Below, in pieces: positions 33,657-46,772 of a stretch of 64,000 nt of DNA (within the stretch, counting starts at the first letter, position 1; each line of letters opens with the position of its first letter). The notes below the pieces were generated by a model. The model was not told the DNA's origin. It searched no databases and worked only from the letters and a program-made list of their open reading frames with translations. Origin of the DNA: Entomortierella parvispora E1425 (Eukaryota; Fungi; Mortierellomycota). A program made the position numbers and the translations under genes. The stretch covers positions 1,798,001 to 1,862,000 of the forward strand of contig BQFW01000014.1 in the NCBI GenBank assembly GCA_020891255.1, in the 5' to 3' direction.

Positions 33657-36600
33657 TCATGATCGACGGCTGCTGAAGGTTGCAAACGCCTGGTCACCAT
33701 TAGCCTGCGATTGGGTCGTGAGAGCTCGCTCCTTTTCTCGGCGTAGGTTCTCGTAGAAGGTAACCACCTTTGGGTGGACCATCACCTTGTATGGACTGAA
33801 ATTCAGAACTTGAAGACCTTCAAGGTTTGTAGCTCGAGACAGTGCTACGTAGGCTTGCCCTAGATTGGCACAAGGAGAGAATTCATAAACTATTTAGTTA
33901 CTGTCAAGTCCAATCAACATATCAATCTCCAGGGAAGGTCGTTGATAGAGTAGGCAGCCTATCCAGAGGAAAAACTTACCTTTTTCAAAGACTTTGGTCA
34001 GATCAACACGGACTTTCGGTAACGTCTGCCCTTGAGCCTTATGAATGCTCAGTGACCATGCCAGGCAGAGCGGAATTTGTATCCTCCTGGCGACGACCTT
34101 TCCATCTGGCAGCTCCATGGACCATTCCTCGCGCCCCACTATCATGTGTTGCTCTTCTCCTCCCTCCAACACAAACTTGACACGGGGAAGCATCTCGTCT
34201 GGTTTGTTCAGCGATGGCAAGCGCTTACCGTTCGAGCCCCTCCGAACATTATCGGCCTCCATGCGGGTAAAGGAGACCACGATACCGATACTACCGTTGA
34301 CCAGTCCCCCTTTTCCTCCACTTTGGTTCCTGAGGAGCATCACCTGAGCCCCTACTTTGATCTCTAGCTTTGTTGGCGCAATGCACTGCTGTTCCAACTT
34401 GTCCTTTTGCTTCCCACTGTCCTTGGCTTTGAAGAAAAAACTTTCTGAAGTCAATGCAAGCAGTTCTGCAGCATTCGCTTCATCAACTTGTTTGCGAAGA
34501 GGAAATCTAATAAAACAAACAAGAAAGCCGTCAGTGCATGGCTCACAAACGGTTTGTTTCCATATAGTAATGTGCAATGGCCATTCTTTCGACTTACAGC
34601 TCCGTAGGCTTCAGTCCGTCCGCTTCTGGCAAGGGTCGCGTCAAATTTTGGAACTGTTCAATTGTCGAGTTTCGCATTTCTCCGACGCGCACTTCATTCA
34701 GCATGCTCGCAAAGGCTGTGAAAAATGTCAGGTTAAAATTGGCTGACAATCCCCTTGTTTTTTGAAAACTCGCTAGAAAAAAAAAGGTAACTTACTGTGA
34801 TCCTTTTGTCGAAATACCTGCTCCAGTTGAATAGTGGTATGGATGGTTGACTTCCAGGAATCGGCCTCGAAACAAAACCGAGCCGTTCCATTCTTGTCAA
34901 CGGGAGGAAGCTGGAAAAAGTCCCCTGTTAGAACGATTTGGAGTCCTCCCCAAATCTTTTCCACTTGATCAGGCTTTGTTCGGATCTTCCGTGCGATCGT
35001 CTCCAATTTGTCCAGAAGGACAGCGTCAATCATGGATACCTCATCCACGATGAGAACACATGCCTTTCTCCAGCGTTCTGCAGTTTTACTAAAGCGCACC
35101 TTTTCGATCAACTCTTCCACCTTTTCGTTCCCTAGTCCTATCCCGGCAAAGGAATGAAGTGTGCAGCCTCCAATGTTGCATGCCGCAATGCCTGTTGAGG
35201 CAGTCACCGCCACCCTTTCTACGGATTTTGCATTCGAGTATTCTGGCTCAGGCGGTACCCAATGAATGTACTTTTGCCGTAATCGCACAATGAGTTCACG
35301 CAGAAGGACCGACTTTCCTGTACCCGCTGATCCAGTGAAGAAGAGACTCTTGTTGTGCGTGACGACCTGGTCTAGCACAAAAAGTTGGTCCGATGATAGC
35401 GTCAGTCCATCGGCGGTTTTGGTGGGATCTGGTGGGTTTATCTCTGGCTTAATGGTGTCGCTCTCTTCAGCCTCATTTTCGTAAGGGGAGGACGAATGTT
35501 CGCTAGCGTGTGGTGAACTATACTCAGATTTACATCCTGATGGCGTAACTTCCGCCGCCTCCTGGGCGACCTCGGACGATGACGACGCAGAGCCCCAAAT
35601 CATTCCTCTCGATTTGTCGAGTAGGCTCTGGCTCTGAGAAAGCGCACTTTCAACGATGGTGCTGCATCCTTGCCTTGACTGCGACGGACTCTTTCCTAAC
35701 TTTTGTTGCGGAGATGGTCCAAGGTTGGAGCTGACGTCGCTTCCTTGCCTTGCCAGCGACCGATTTTCCTGCAACCTCTGTTCCTGAGAAGGCACAGCTC
35801 CAAGGCTGATGTCGCTCCCTTGTCTAGGTAGTGACGGGCCCTCTCCCAACTTCTGGCTCAGGGAAGGTACGAGTCCAAGGTTAATGTCTCTTCTTTGTCT
35901 TGACAGTGCCAAACCCTCTCCCAACGTTTGACCCTGATTAGGTGCAGGTCCAACGCTAACATCGCTTCCTTGCTTTGACAGTGACGGACTTTCTGTTTGT
36001 CTCTGCCTCTCAAGAGATTCCCGTTGCCTCTGAAATTCTTCCTTTTCTCTCTTAAATTCTTCTTTTTGCCATTCAAGGTCCTTCCTGAGACTCTCAAGGT
36101 CTTCCCGCTGCCTCTCAAATTCTTCCCGGAGCAGTTGTTGGTCTCGCTGCAATTGCTGCAATTGCGAAGCGGACACCAAGAGGCCACAACAGGCTGATGA
36201 AGAGCTGGCGACTGTGTTTTCGCTGGTTAGCATGTGGAGTATTCGTTGGTCTCGCTGCAACTGCTGCAACTGCGAAGCTGACACCGAAAAGCCATCAGAG
36301 GTCGATGAAGAGCTAGCGACTGTGCTCTCATTGGATGGCCTGACCTCCGCGGTTTGCTTAGGCCCTGTTCCTGGGGTCTTGTAGTGGCGTTGAAAGGTAT
36401 TGTTGCGACGTTGAGGGGCTGTTCTGTAGACCCCTTCTAAGGGTTGTATACCAGCCTCTCCATCATTGCCATCGCTATCCAGCTCGACCGGGAAGCGCTG
36501 TGAACCTTCCCCAAACGAGGGACGGGTTGGTTTTTCCTGATCCAATTGTTCCAGATTTGCCTTTCTCTTTCCTAGTAGCCTGGAAGTGCCTTTGGCGTAG

Positions 36601-37190
36601 ACGATGATGGAATTAGCGTTCTTTGGACCTTGATTCGAGACTTCCACGGGGACATTTTCCAAAAATTCGCCTTCAGCTAAAGCTGTATCCTTCAACTCCG
36701 AGTCTGATGGGTCATTTTCATCCAGCTCAGGGTCATCCAAGTCGCTCTCGGGAATAACGTTTCTGTCGTAAAGCTCGGATGGGATATCGTCGCTTAGGTA
36801 CTCTTCGTCGACAATACTTTCCAGCAAGGTGTCGTCAAAGTTGTCCTGCCAGGAAGGAGTTTGGGAGAGGATCTCATCCTCTTCAAAGTCACTTAGTTGA
36901 TCCAAATACCCGTCTTCTGCGGGCATGGCGTTCCACAAGGCGGTGGATGTCATGACTGGTTCTGGAAGGTCGCCTCCAAAGTCGTCATCCGAAAAGACGT
37001 CCCTGTCGAGCTGCTGGCCGTCCAAAGGGTTGTTTGAGGCACCCGCGCCATCCACCTCCCTCTGATGCCCATGCACACTCTCTGCAGAGGTCAGATTTCC
37101 GGCACCATTGCTAGAACTCTTGAGTGTCTGATGCGATTGCTGTTCTTGTTGCTGCTGTTGCCCCTGTGGCCTCGATTGCACGCTGAGCAT
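33657..37190 (-). CDS. PIF1: PIF1-family DNA helicase, copy 2 (4 coding exons)
   Basis: Same motif set and same three intron positions as copy 1; [10 protein letters not shown]; C-terminus ...FSSRRS then TGA at 33659-33657. Confidence 0.92.
35610..35995 (-). repeat. 75-bp (25-aa) coding minisatellite, ~5 units, in PIF1 copy 2
   Basis: Same xSRQGSxxSLGxxPSxxQxLxE unit as copy 1, one unit fewer. Confidence 0.82.
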
Positions 37191-37861
37191 GGTGGCAGAC
37201 GACAGCTGTGAATGTATTGGTAGTCTTGATGATTGTCACTTTGCTCCTGAATACCGAGACGACGCCTGACCCGGGGTCTCAGAGGGGTATAGGTACGCTT
37301 CGGGTTCTCGTCACAACTGCTAGATAGAAAGGTGGACATGGTTAGGCCAAACTGCGTTGTCAGGTACCCGATTGTACTTCTAAGGAAAGAAGGGAGGAGC
37401 ATGCATTCTTCTTGACATGCTTTCTCATTGTGCCCTGAGTTGACCCCTGCAAGGTCCATTCCAGGTCGAGAGGTCTTTTCGATGCATAGTCATGGCTTTA
37501 ATACCTTTGGTACGTGGGATGTGGTTCAAGGGTGACAGTCTGCAGGACGTGTTTCTGTTAATCGTGGGCACGCGTCCACGGAATGAAATGTGGCGAGGGT
37601 GCACGGCAGAGATGAGAGATGAAAAAGGAGGGGTGGATGGAAGCGCGTGGTAATGGCCCTTCTGCAATGGTATTAATCAATTGAGCCTTGACTGTACTGA
37701 ATGATGGACAGGCAGACAGAGTGGCCAATGGCAATGGCACTGGCACTGGGAAAGGGTGAAGAGGAAAGAGAAAAAAAGGTTGCGCCACCAATGGTCGGGA
37801 CTCTGATTAAAACCCAGATCCGATTGTTATGATTTGTGCCGAGGCAATGTGGCCTTGTGCT

Positions 37862-37962
37862 GGGGTTTTTGTGGGTTGATATAGGGTGTTGCAGGGTTAT
37901 TTAGGGTTTCTGCTGAGAAGATATGGTTTTCTACTGGGGTTTTTTATGGTTTTTTGAGGGGT
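37862..37962 (+). repeat. Telomere-like G-tract array, shorter copy
   Basis: GGGGtttttgtGGGttgatataGGGtgttgcaGGGttatttaGGG, homologous to 30664-30808. Confidence 0.7.
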
Positions 37963-37984
37963 TCAAAAAACAGAGTGGCTCCTT

Positions 37985-38394
37985 GCGAGTGCGCACAATG
38001 TAGTCCGACATCGTGGAGGTCACGATATCGAACAACATACCGCACACCTTGTCGATAAAGCCGGCAGGCTGTGGAAGACTTTGACAAAGTCATCCCAGTG
38101 GGCGTCATCCGAGAGAGCGTTGCCTTCCCACAACAGCGTGGCATCCCCGGTGAGGAACATGGCTGCATGCAGAGTGCGCTCGTTGTCGGGATGCTCCGGT
38201 TGGGGGAAGCGAAAGATGGTGGATGAAAAGAGGCTAGGAGCAAGTTGCTGGTGGGCAAGGGCCTGGTTGGCGATCAGAGGTCGGAGATGGGTTGTGTCAA
38301 TGGGGTCAGGGGGCGTTGGTGAGGACAGGTGGGGCCAAGGGTCAGCATCTAGGGTCAGAGGTCAGGGGATCGAGGGTCCTTTGCTACCATGCAA
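37985..38394 (-). mobile_element. Degenerate Ty3/gypsy gag remnant, copy B, with putative LTR end (TTGCA) and PBS (TGGTAGC)
   Basis: PDNERTLHAAMFLTGDATLLWEG...HWDDFVK and GFIDKVCGMLFDIVTSTMSDYIVRTRK. On the minus strand TATTGCA|TGGTAGC lies at 38396-38383. Confidence 0.72.
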
Positions 38395-38460
38395 TATGAG
38401 TACTGGGGACTAAGTGAGACTAACTTTATTCTAGTGCTCGATACTAAGATGAATTGTGGA

Positions 38461-38964
38461 CTAAATACCTAGAGTTCCAAAATCAGTGAGATCTGGACGA
38501 GTACATGGCTCAGGCAGATTTTTGGCTATTTCGCATCGATCAGAGCGACTATCTTCCTTGCAAAAGTTGCGGACGTTGGTACACATGATTTTGCAATATC
38601 TCTCAGATTTCTCGCACAGCTTTAGGAGGTCGCTTCTAGGAGCAGTCTTGGCACACGTGTATGCTGCAAGGTTACAGGATACAGGCTGGTTAGGACCGCA
38701 AGCACTAAGATAAGCACCACAGTTTTTAGCATCGAGCTGCTGTTGTTCTGCAGCGGTGAAGGGTCTGCAGCAATAGCAAACTGGAGGATGGCCATCCACC
38801 TCCTCATGTGACTGAACCCATCCACCAGGGCAAGTCCCGAATGCCCCTTCGCAATATTTGCAGCATTGTTCCTCTGAAGTGAAGCAGCCGGGGACCTGGG
38901 CCGCAACACACTGGATGACGACGAGAATCAGGGACGTGATGGTGAAAATATGGCTTGCTTTCAT
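38461..38964 (-). CDS. Small secreted cysteine-rich protein SSP-B (167 aa; 18 Cys), paralogue of SSP-A
   Basis: All 18 mature Cys align with SSP-A. TATATAAA at 39292-39285 and 5'-UTR intron 39065-38966. Confidence 0.88.
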   Translation of the reverse strand: MKASHIFTITSLILVVIQCVAAQVPGCFTSEEQCCKYCEGAFGTCPGGWVQSHEEVDGHPPVCYCCRPFTAAEQQQLDAKNCGAYLSACGPNQPVSCNLAAYTCAKTAPRSDLLKLCEKSERYCKIMCTNVRNFCKEDSRSDRCEIAKNLPEPCTRPDLTDFGTLGI

Positions 38965-39379
38965 TCTGTTGATAATAGCTTCTAGAATAGAGAACAGAAA
39001 GAACAGTTAAGAGCAGTACTATTATTCCTTAATGGTCACCATGACTACTCTAGATGCAGCCTTACTTGAAGTGACCCAAGATGTGGTTGGATGAGGAAGA
39101 GATTACAGTCTGAAAATCTTCTCGAATTCGTTCTCGTGACGTTCTTGATAGCGTCCGTGGTTTTGTTTGACAGCGTCTGTGCGGCTCTTACGATGGTACC
39201 TGGTAATGGTCTTTCTAGTGGTTGTTGGAAGTGTTGGGAGTGTTGCTGTGAGGAGTTTAGTGTGGCAGGTACGCGTGCCTTTTCTTTATATACTCAAGGA
39301 GAGTCAGAGTGGGGATGACTTGTCATTTGGGTTTGGAGCAAGAATACGAAACAAAGAGATATCTCTATAACGGAACAAC

Positions 39380-39460
39380 GGGGGCAGGGAAGAGTGGGGG
39401 TAGGGAAGATCTAGGACAAGGGCAGGGAAGATCTAGGACAAGGGCAGGGAAGATCAAGGC
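39380..39460 (+). repeat. G-rich ~21-bp minisatellite (AAGGGCAGGGAAGATCTAGGAC-type)
   Basis: Homologous position to 32645-32790, but a different unit has been amplified. Confidence 0.75.
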
Positions 39461-40237
39461 AAAGGAAGGGAAAAGAAAGGGGAGCGAAAAGAGGAGGCAG
39501 AGAAACAGAAAGGGCAGGGAAAAGGAAGGACATAGTAGGGGCGTGGAAAGCAAGGGCAAGGAAAAGGAGGGACAACACCAGTGCGAGACACAAATAGAAA
39601 TCTAGGGCGAGTTGACAGCAAGCCTGACAAATAAAGAACGAGATTGGCTAAAAGGGTAACAAACAAAGAGTCGCGAGGAAGCACCAATACGGAGGAAGGG
39701 GGCAGCCATAAGGACAAGGAGATAGGAAATAAACAGAACATCCGACTTGGAACTGTTGGTTGTTGCTCACAGAGGGGAGTGGGGAAAAAGGTCTTTCGCT
39801 GAGCAAATGCCGCCATATGAGCTCATTCCTGGTCATGTCCATGGAGAAGAGCAGAACAATGGGTGGCGTGCGCACGGTGCACAATCGACTGGACTGTGCC
39901 CTGTGGACGTATCCGTCCATCCACCCATGGAAAGAGCACCCCCCCCCCCCATGCCTTGATTCACCACGACTTCACGAGCAACTGTACACCAACTCGTCCC
40001 TCAAATCCTGCTGCAGGTATCGTCCTGATTTTCGTTCGGAGAAAAAAAAAATTAAAGCGACTCAGAAAGAAGGAAAAAAAGACAGACCTGACTGACTCGT
40101 AGACAAAAGGACGATAGGAAGATGAATGAAAAATGAATGATGTATTGTACAATGATTACGAAATGATATGAAAAGAGAGAGGGGGGAATACACAGGGACG
40201 GTGGTGTTTGCGCCCTGTCAGGGATGTCAGATTATGA

Positions 40238-43200
40238 TCACGATCGACGGCTGCTGCTGGCTGCAGACGCCTGGTCACCATTAGCCTGCGATTGGGACGC
40301 GAGAGCTCGCTCCTTTTCTCGGCATAGGTTCTCGTAAAAGGTAACCACCTTTGGATGCACCATCACTTTTTGTGGATGGAAGTTGAGGACTTGAAGACCC
40401 TCCAGACTGGTGGCTCGCGACAGTGCCACATAGGCTTGTCCTAAAATGACACATGAGAATACATCATATACATGTCAGTTCCAAGTCGAAGTAAACACCA
40501 TCTCGTGTCTTTGCAGGGTTCTTATCAAGGTGGACCATTCTTTGTGTATACGTGAGAAGGGAAGGAGGTCGGTATTTACCTTTTTCAAAGACCTTGGCTA
40601 GATCCACACGGACCTTTGTCAATGTTTGGCCTTGGGCCTTGTGGATACTCAGGGACCAGGCCAGGCAGAGTGGGATCTGTACCCTCCGGGCGACCACTTC
40701 ACCGTCCGGCAACTCCATAGACCATTCTTCTCGTCCTACAACCATCTCGCTAGAGCGCCCTCCCTCCAACATGAACCTGATGCGGGGAAGTAACTCGCCA
40801 TAGCTGTTTAGCGATGGCAAGGGCTTATCATCCGAACCTAGCCGCACATTATCGGCCGGTCTGCGGGTGTATTCGACCACAATACCGATGCTGCCATTGA
40901 CCAGCCCTCCGATGCCTCCATTTTGGTTCCTGAGCAGCATCACTTGAGCCCCCACCTTGAGCTCCAGTTTTGTCGGCGCAACGCACTGCTGTTCCAACTT
41001 TTCCTTTTGTGGGCCACTATCCCTGGCCACAAAGAAAAGACTTTCAGAAGTCAATGCACGAAGCTCCGCACCATTGGCCTCTTCAACCTGTCTGCGAAGA
41101 GGAAATCTAATAAAAGTAGAAGACATACGTCAGCACTCGTTCGCACCACGGTACTGAGCAAAAGTCAAAGACTGACTTGACGACGCCCGTGTCTTTCGAC
41201 TTACAGATCTGTAGGTTTTAGTCCGTCCGCTTCTGGCAAGGGTCGCGTCAAAATTTGAAATCGTTCAATCGTCGAGTGTTGCATCTGGCCAATGCGCACC
41301 TCATTCAGCATGTCCGCGAAAGCTATAGTCATATAATTAAAAATTGGATGAGAATCACTCTGTTTTGCAAAAAAAAAAAAAAAAAAAAAAAGGCGAAAAG
41401 TCATCGGAAAGAAGGCAACCTACTCTGGTCTTTTTGTCGAAAGACCTGTTCTAGTTGGATGGTGACATGAATGGACGACTTCCAAGATGCAGCTTCGAAA
41501 CAAAATCGAGCCTTCCCGCTCTTGTCCACGGGAGGAAGCTGAAAAAAATCCCCTGTTAAAACGACTTGGAGACCTCCCCAAGCTTCCATGGGCCTCTTCC
41601 GGACAGACCGAGCAATTGCCTCCAATTTGTCCAAAAGGACAGCGTCGACCATGGACACCTCATCTACGATTAGGACACAAGCCTTTCGCCAACGGCCCAC
41701 GGTCTTCCTGCTCGAGTACACCTTTCTGATCAGCACGTCTTCCTGTTCGTTGCCCAATCCAATCCCGGCAAAAGAATGAAGGGTGCAGCCTCCAATGTTG
41801 CATGCAGCAATGCCAGTCGAAGCTGTCACCGCGACCTTTTCTGCTGCTGTCGAATCCCAGTAATTTCTACCAGGTGGTGCCCAACGGCTATACTTCTGTC
41901 GTAGTCGTACAATAAGTTCACGAAGAAGGACAGACTTTCCTGTGCCCGCTGATCCAGTAAAGAAAACGCTCCTGTTGTGCGTGACGACCTGATCCAATAC
42001 GAAAAGCTGGTCTGGTGATAACGTCAGTCCCTCAGCGGTCTTTGTTGGATCTGGTGGTGTCATCCTTGGCCTGAGAGGGTCGTCTTCTTCATCTTCAACT
42101 TCGTATGGGGGTGGTGGATCCTCGTCAGAGTACCGTGAGCTAGCGTCCGATGTATATCCTAATGGCGCGTTTTGTGGAGCTATTTCAGGCGATAGCGAAC
42201 CAGTACCCCAAATCATTCCGCCAGATTGGTCGGGCAAGTCCTGGCTCTGGGAAGGCGTGCGTCCAAGACTGATTTCACTCCCTTGCCTGGACATTGGCTG
42301 ACTCATCGTTGACTCTGGTCTCGTAGAGTTTTCTTTTCTTTGTTGTCGGTATCGATATAGACGTTCAATATTGGTCAAGCGGTCTTGAGAGGTTGATGAC
42401 GAGCTGGCGGCCGCACTTTCACCGCTGGATGGTACCTCTATAACTTGTTGAAGCTCCGTTTTTGAGGTGCTATTGTGAGACGGTGGGGCGCTTTCGTGGA
42501 TTTCTTTAAATGCCAGTAGATCAATATCTTCGCCATAGTCATCGCTGTCGAGCTCGACCGGGAAACGCTGTGAGCCCTCTCCGAAAGAAGGATGTACAGG
42601 CTTTTGCCGATGCAATGGCTCTGGCTCTGCTTTCCTCTTTCCAAGCACTACACTGGATGGCCCAGGAGCAGTATTGTCGTCGGCGTCAATGACAATAACG
42701 TCCTTTTGGTTCTGATCCGTGACTTTCGTCGGGGTGTCTTCCAAAAACTCGTCATCGGCGAAGGCTGCTTCAATGAGCTCGACGACAGATGGATCTTCAT
42801 CGAGCTCAATGCCAAAGTCACCTGTGGGAGCAGTGCTGCTGTCATGGACTTGGGACGACGTGATCTCGTCGCTTAGATATTCTTCGTCGGCAATGCTTTC
42901 TAACAAGGCATCGTCAAAGTTGTCCTGAAGGTCCTTCGAATCTGATGTTTGGGAGGCGATGTCATCCTCTCCAAAGTCGCTCAGGTGATCCATGTAGTCG
43001 TCTTCAGCAGGTAGTGCGTTCCAGAGAGTGGTGGATGTCAGGACTGAGTCTGGAAGATCGTCTCCAAAGCCGTCGTCCGAATAAAGATCGCTATCAAGAT
43101 GCTCCTTGGCATCCAAGAAGGTATCTGAATCGCCGTCGTCGTCATCCTCCTCCTCCTCCTCCTGGCGTTCTTGCTCGATTGCTACAGTCTCCACATTTTC

Positions 43201-43553
43201 GGCATCAAGGCTTGAACTCCCGGATGACTGCTGCTCCTGCGCCTGCTGCTGGTTCAAGTGAGCGCTAAGCATAGGCGGAAGACCACAGCCCTCAATGTAC
43301 TGGTATGTCTCGCCGTTGATCACCACGTCCTTGAACACGGAACTGGTGCTTTCACGGTCGGTTCCAGACACGCCTGGAGTTTCTGGCACTGTTATGTTGG
43401 TGACAGAACAGGAGGGGCATGGTTAGTTTCTTGTCAATATGCTTTCAAAGGAAAGGAAAGGAAACATAGTTTCTCATTCTCTCTCATTATACCCGGGGCT
43501 GATCCTTGTGAGGTCCATTCCTGGGTCGAAGTGTCTTTTCGATTCGACGCCAT
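40238..43553 (-). CDS. PIF1: PIF1-family DNA helicase, copy 3 (5 coding exons including an upstream exon)
   Basis: All helicase motifs intact. Short exon 1 (43553-43493, [20 protein letters not shown]) splices in frame through a GT donor, CTAAC branch site and CAG acceptor into the large exon at ~43389. Confidence 0.92.
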
Positions 43554-43796
43554 GACATTAGTACCTTTGTCAATTTCACAGTGGACAGGGAATGTGGTCC
43601 AAGGATGGCAGTTTTGTGGTGAGTTCTTGTTGAGGACGCTGGCGTGGGCACGCAGAGGTCCGAGGGTGTGGACGAGAAATCGCGTCCTCGGAGTGGTGTG
43701 GCAAGGGTGCACTGAGGAGATGGGCGACGAAGTGGGGACGGGGAATGGAGTGGTAGCAGCCTCTTGCAGGAGCATTAATCAATTGATCCTTGGCTG

Positions 43797-43900
43797 GACT
43801 GACTGACTGACTGACTGATTGAATGAATGATTGACTGACGGACAAGGACAGGGTAAAGGGAACAAAGGGAACAGAGGGAACAGAAGGGAACAAAGGAAGG
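43797..43900 (+). repeat. (GACT)n microsatellite followed by GGGAACA(A/G)A repeats (canonical G4 motif)
   Basis: gactgactgact... then GGGtaaaGGGaacaaaGGGaacagaGGGaacagaaGGG. Confidence 0.75.
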
Positions 43901-44288
43901 ACGCCACGCCACCAAACTGGACCGAAGAATGAGAAAAAAAAAGGTGGCAAAGGTGGCGAGAGCAAGGCTTTCAACGCGCTGGATCTTGGCACGTGATGAC
44001 GATTCAGTTTTTTGAAGTTTTTGAACGTGTCTCTCTCTGTACGCATGGGTGCTTGCATGTGTTCATGTTCTCTGCTCGGTCATTCCTTTGTTTGTTCCTC
44101 TTCTTCTCCATTCCCTTCCTCTTCTGTTCATCCTTCCGTATCACTCTTCCTCTCAGCCTTCCTCACTCTCTGCACGCTCACCAACAAAATAAACAGGAGT
44201 ACTAGGCTTTCAACGACTCCCTTCCTCTTTTCTCCTTTTCATCCACTTGACCGATATTCCTTCACCCCTCTTACTCGCACCCCGCATC

Positions 44289-46515
44289 ATGAAAAAGTCA
44301 AGGTCTCCTAAAAAGACTTTAAGCAACAGTCATAACGCCTCCCTATCGGACGCACTTCATACCATCGGAACTACCGACCCCACTGGCAGCGGTTCCCCAA
44401 ATCCTACATCCTTGTCCACAAATCTTGACCAGCCATTATCGCCGACCACCAATGGAAGCAACGAGAAGCACGACGGGCACAGTCCACATAACAGCCACCA
44501 CCACCATCACCATCACAGTTCAAATGGACAAGGAGCCACACCGGCATCTAAAGAGGTAACGCTATTCTCCTCTGACCACTACCCGTTTTTGACGCAGCTT
44601 TGGAAGGGACGGTCAACAAAACAACCACCTGGCTTTCTGCCACGTAGTTTGTTCAGATGGACAATGAACAAAGGGAACTATTTTTTTTTTAGTCCCCGAC
44701 CTTTTTCAGTGATGGTCATCGGGACAGGACAAATTGTCTCCTCTCGGCAATACGCACAGGGCTGCAAGTCTGTCTTTGCATGTGGCCCAACCGTTGCTCA
44801 TTATTTTTTTTCGTCAATTGTTGGTTGTCCTGTGTAACTCGCTTTGTCGTCATGCACAAAAATATAAGAGCATGAAGAAAAAGAGACCCTTCAAATCGTC
44901 ATGATGCTCAAAGGGTCCAGTTTTTGTATTCCTCAAAAAGGCCAAGATAATTAACACCAACACTCTCTCCTTGATAGACAGTCGTATTGCTGGCAGACGA
45001 ATCAGCCAAGGCCAAATGGCACAATTGGTCCGTGAGAACGCTATGGACACTCATCATGATTGGAGGCTTCTTTGGCGCGGTGGCTGCAGGACCGGCAGCC
45101 GTTATCCTGTTAGTGGTGATGGTCCAGGGCCTGGTCTACAAGGAGGTCATCTATCTGGCACATGTCCCCAGCAAAGAAAAGAAGCTGCCGTTGTTCAGGA
45201 CAATGAACTGGTAAGTCGTCTCCTTTTGTCGTTCTATGTAGATGCAGATGCAAATGCTGATAGCAGTTGTGCCTGGATCTCATACTAAACCCCACATATC
45301 TCGTGTTTTTTGTGCCCACAAAAACAGGTACTTTTTGTTCAGCACCAACTACTTTTTTTACGGCGAGAGTTTGATCCACTACTTTCAGCATGTCGTCTTT
45401 GTGGATGCGTTCTTGCTCCCTCTGGCGACCCACCATCGATTCATCTCGTTTACACTCTACGTCATTGGTAAGGCTGCGGAGACTGCGACCAAACAGGTTT
45501 TCGCGACCACTGACTGGACTAATATGAACGCTTGCTGACGTCTATTTTTCGCGATTTCGGGATAAATATAGGGTTCGTCTTCTTTGTCGCCAACCTGAAG
45601 AAGGGTCACTATCGGTTCCAGTTTTCTCAATTTGCTTGGACCCATATGACCCTCTTGCTGGTGGTCTGTCAGAGTCACTTTATCATCAACAACATCTTTG
45701 AGGGCCTGATCTGGTTCTTTTTACCAGTTTCGTTGGTTGTGGCGAACGACATTTGGGCGTACATCTTTGGATTCTTCTGGGGAAAGACGCCGCTGATCAA
45801 GTTGTCACCCAAGAAAACGGTCGAGGGATTCGTGGGAGGTTGGGTCATGACTGTTGTCTTTGGCATGCTGGTAAGACGTCTGATGTCTGAATCTTGGCGA
45901 TCTTTTCTCCGTCTCTATGGCCAACTTGATCTGACTCGTTCTTTTTGATGATTATAGTTCTCGACTCTTTTCTTGAGATACCCGTACATGATCTGCCCCG
46001 TCAAGGACTTGCGTGTGTCCGCCTTCTCCGCCATCACATGTGATCCCAATCCAGTGTTTGTCCCCGTCAAGTACTATCTCAAACCCTGGATGTTTGGCCT
46101 GGTCCGTCATTTGGGCATGCGAGACACCTTTGTGATGCTGGCTCCTCTGCAGCTCCATACCATCATCATGGCCTGCTTTGCATCCTTGATCGCTCCCTTT
46201 GGAGGCTTCTTTGCCTCAGGCTTCAAGCGGGCGTTCAAGATCAAGGACTTTGGTCAATCGATTCCCGGCCATGGAGGGATCACGGATCGCATGGATTGTC
46301 AGTTCTTGATGGGTCTCTTCTCCTACATGTACTACCAGAGCTTTATCAAGTCCTCGGCCGTCACCGTGGGACTTGTGCTTCAGACGGCTTCAAAGTTGAA
46401 GAGTGAGGATCAATTGGAGTTGTTTGACCATTTGCGACAGTACCTGATCGGACAGGGTCTCTTGGACGAGCACAGTTGTGTGGTCATGCCACCCAAAGAG
46501 GCCTGGGTCTCGTAA
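44289..46515 (+). CDS. CDS1: Phosphatidate cytidylyltransferase (CDP-DAG synthase), 5 exons
   Basis: [15 protein letters not shown] and [37 protein letters not shown] signature. Confidence 0.93.
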
Positions 46516-46772
46516 CTGTTTCAACTCTTTTTCTTTCCCGCAATGTCCCCTTCATTTTCATCTCAATAAACTCTTGTGCATCGGCTACATTCAAATGTCT
46601 TATGAGACCACATCTGCCCTCGGTCGCAATGGGATCGGCAAGGAAACAACGACAAGAAGAGGTGAATATGAAGGGTATTGTATTATTAATGCGGAGTTTT
46701 TTTTTGTATATCAAAAGCAGAGGATCACTGTAACGATGGGAGGAGGTGTCTTTCTAAGTAGGCGATCTCCTT

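Noticed and set aside
26352-43553. PIF1 copies as Helitron RepHel transposases
   Set aside because: No HUH/Rep domain in the N-termini. The genes have conserved spliceosomal introns and canonical cellular Pif1 motifs. I found no 5'-TC/3'-CTRR termini or target-site signature at the unit edges.
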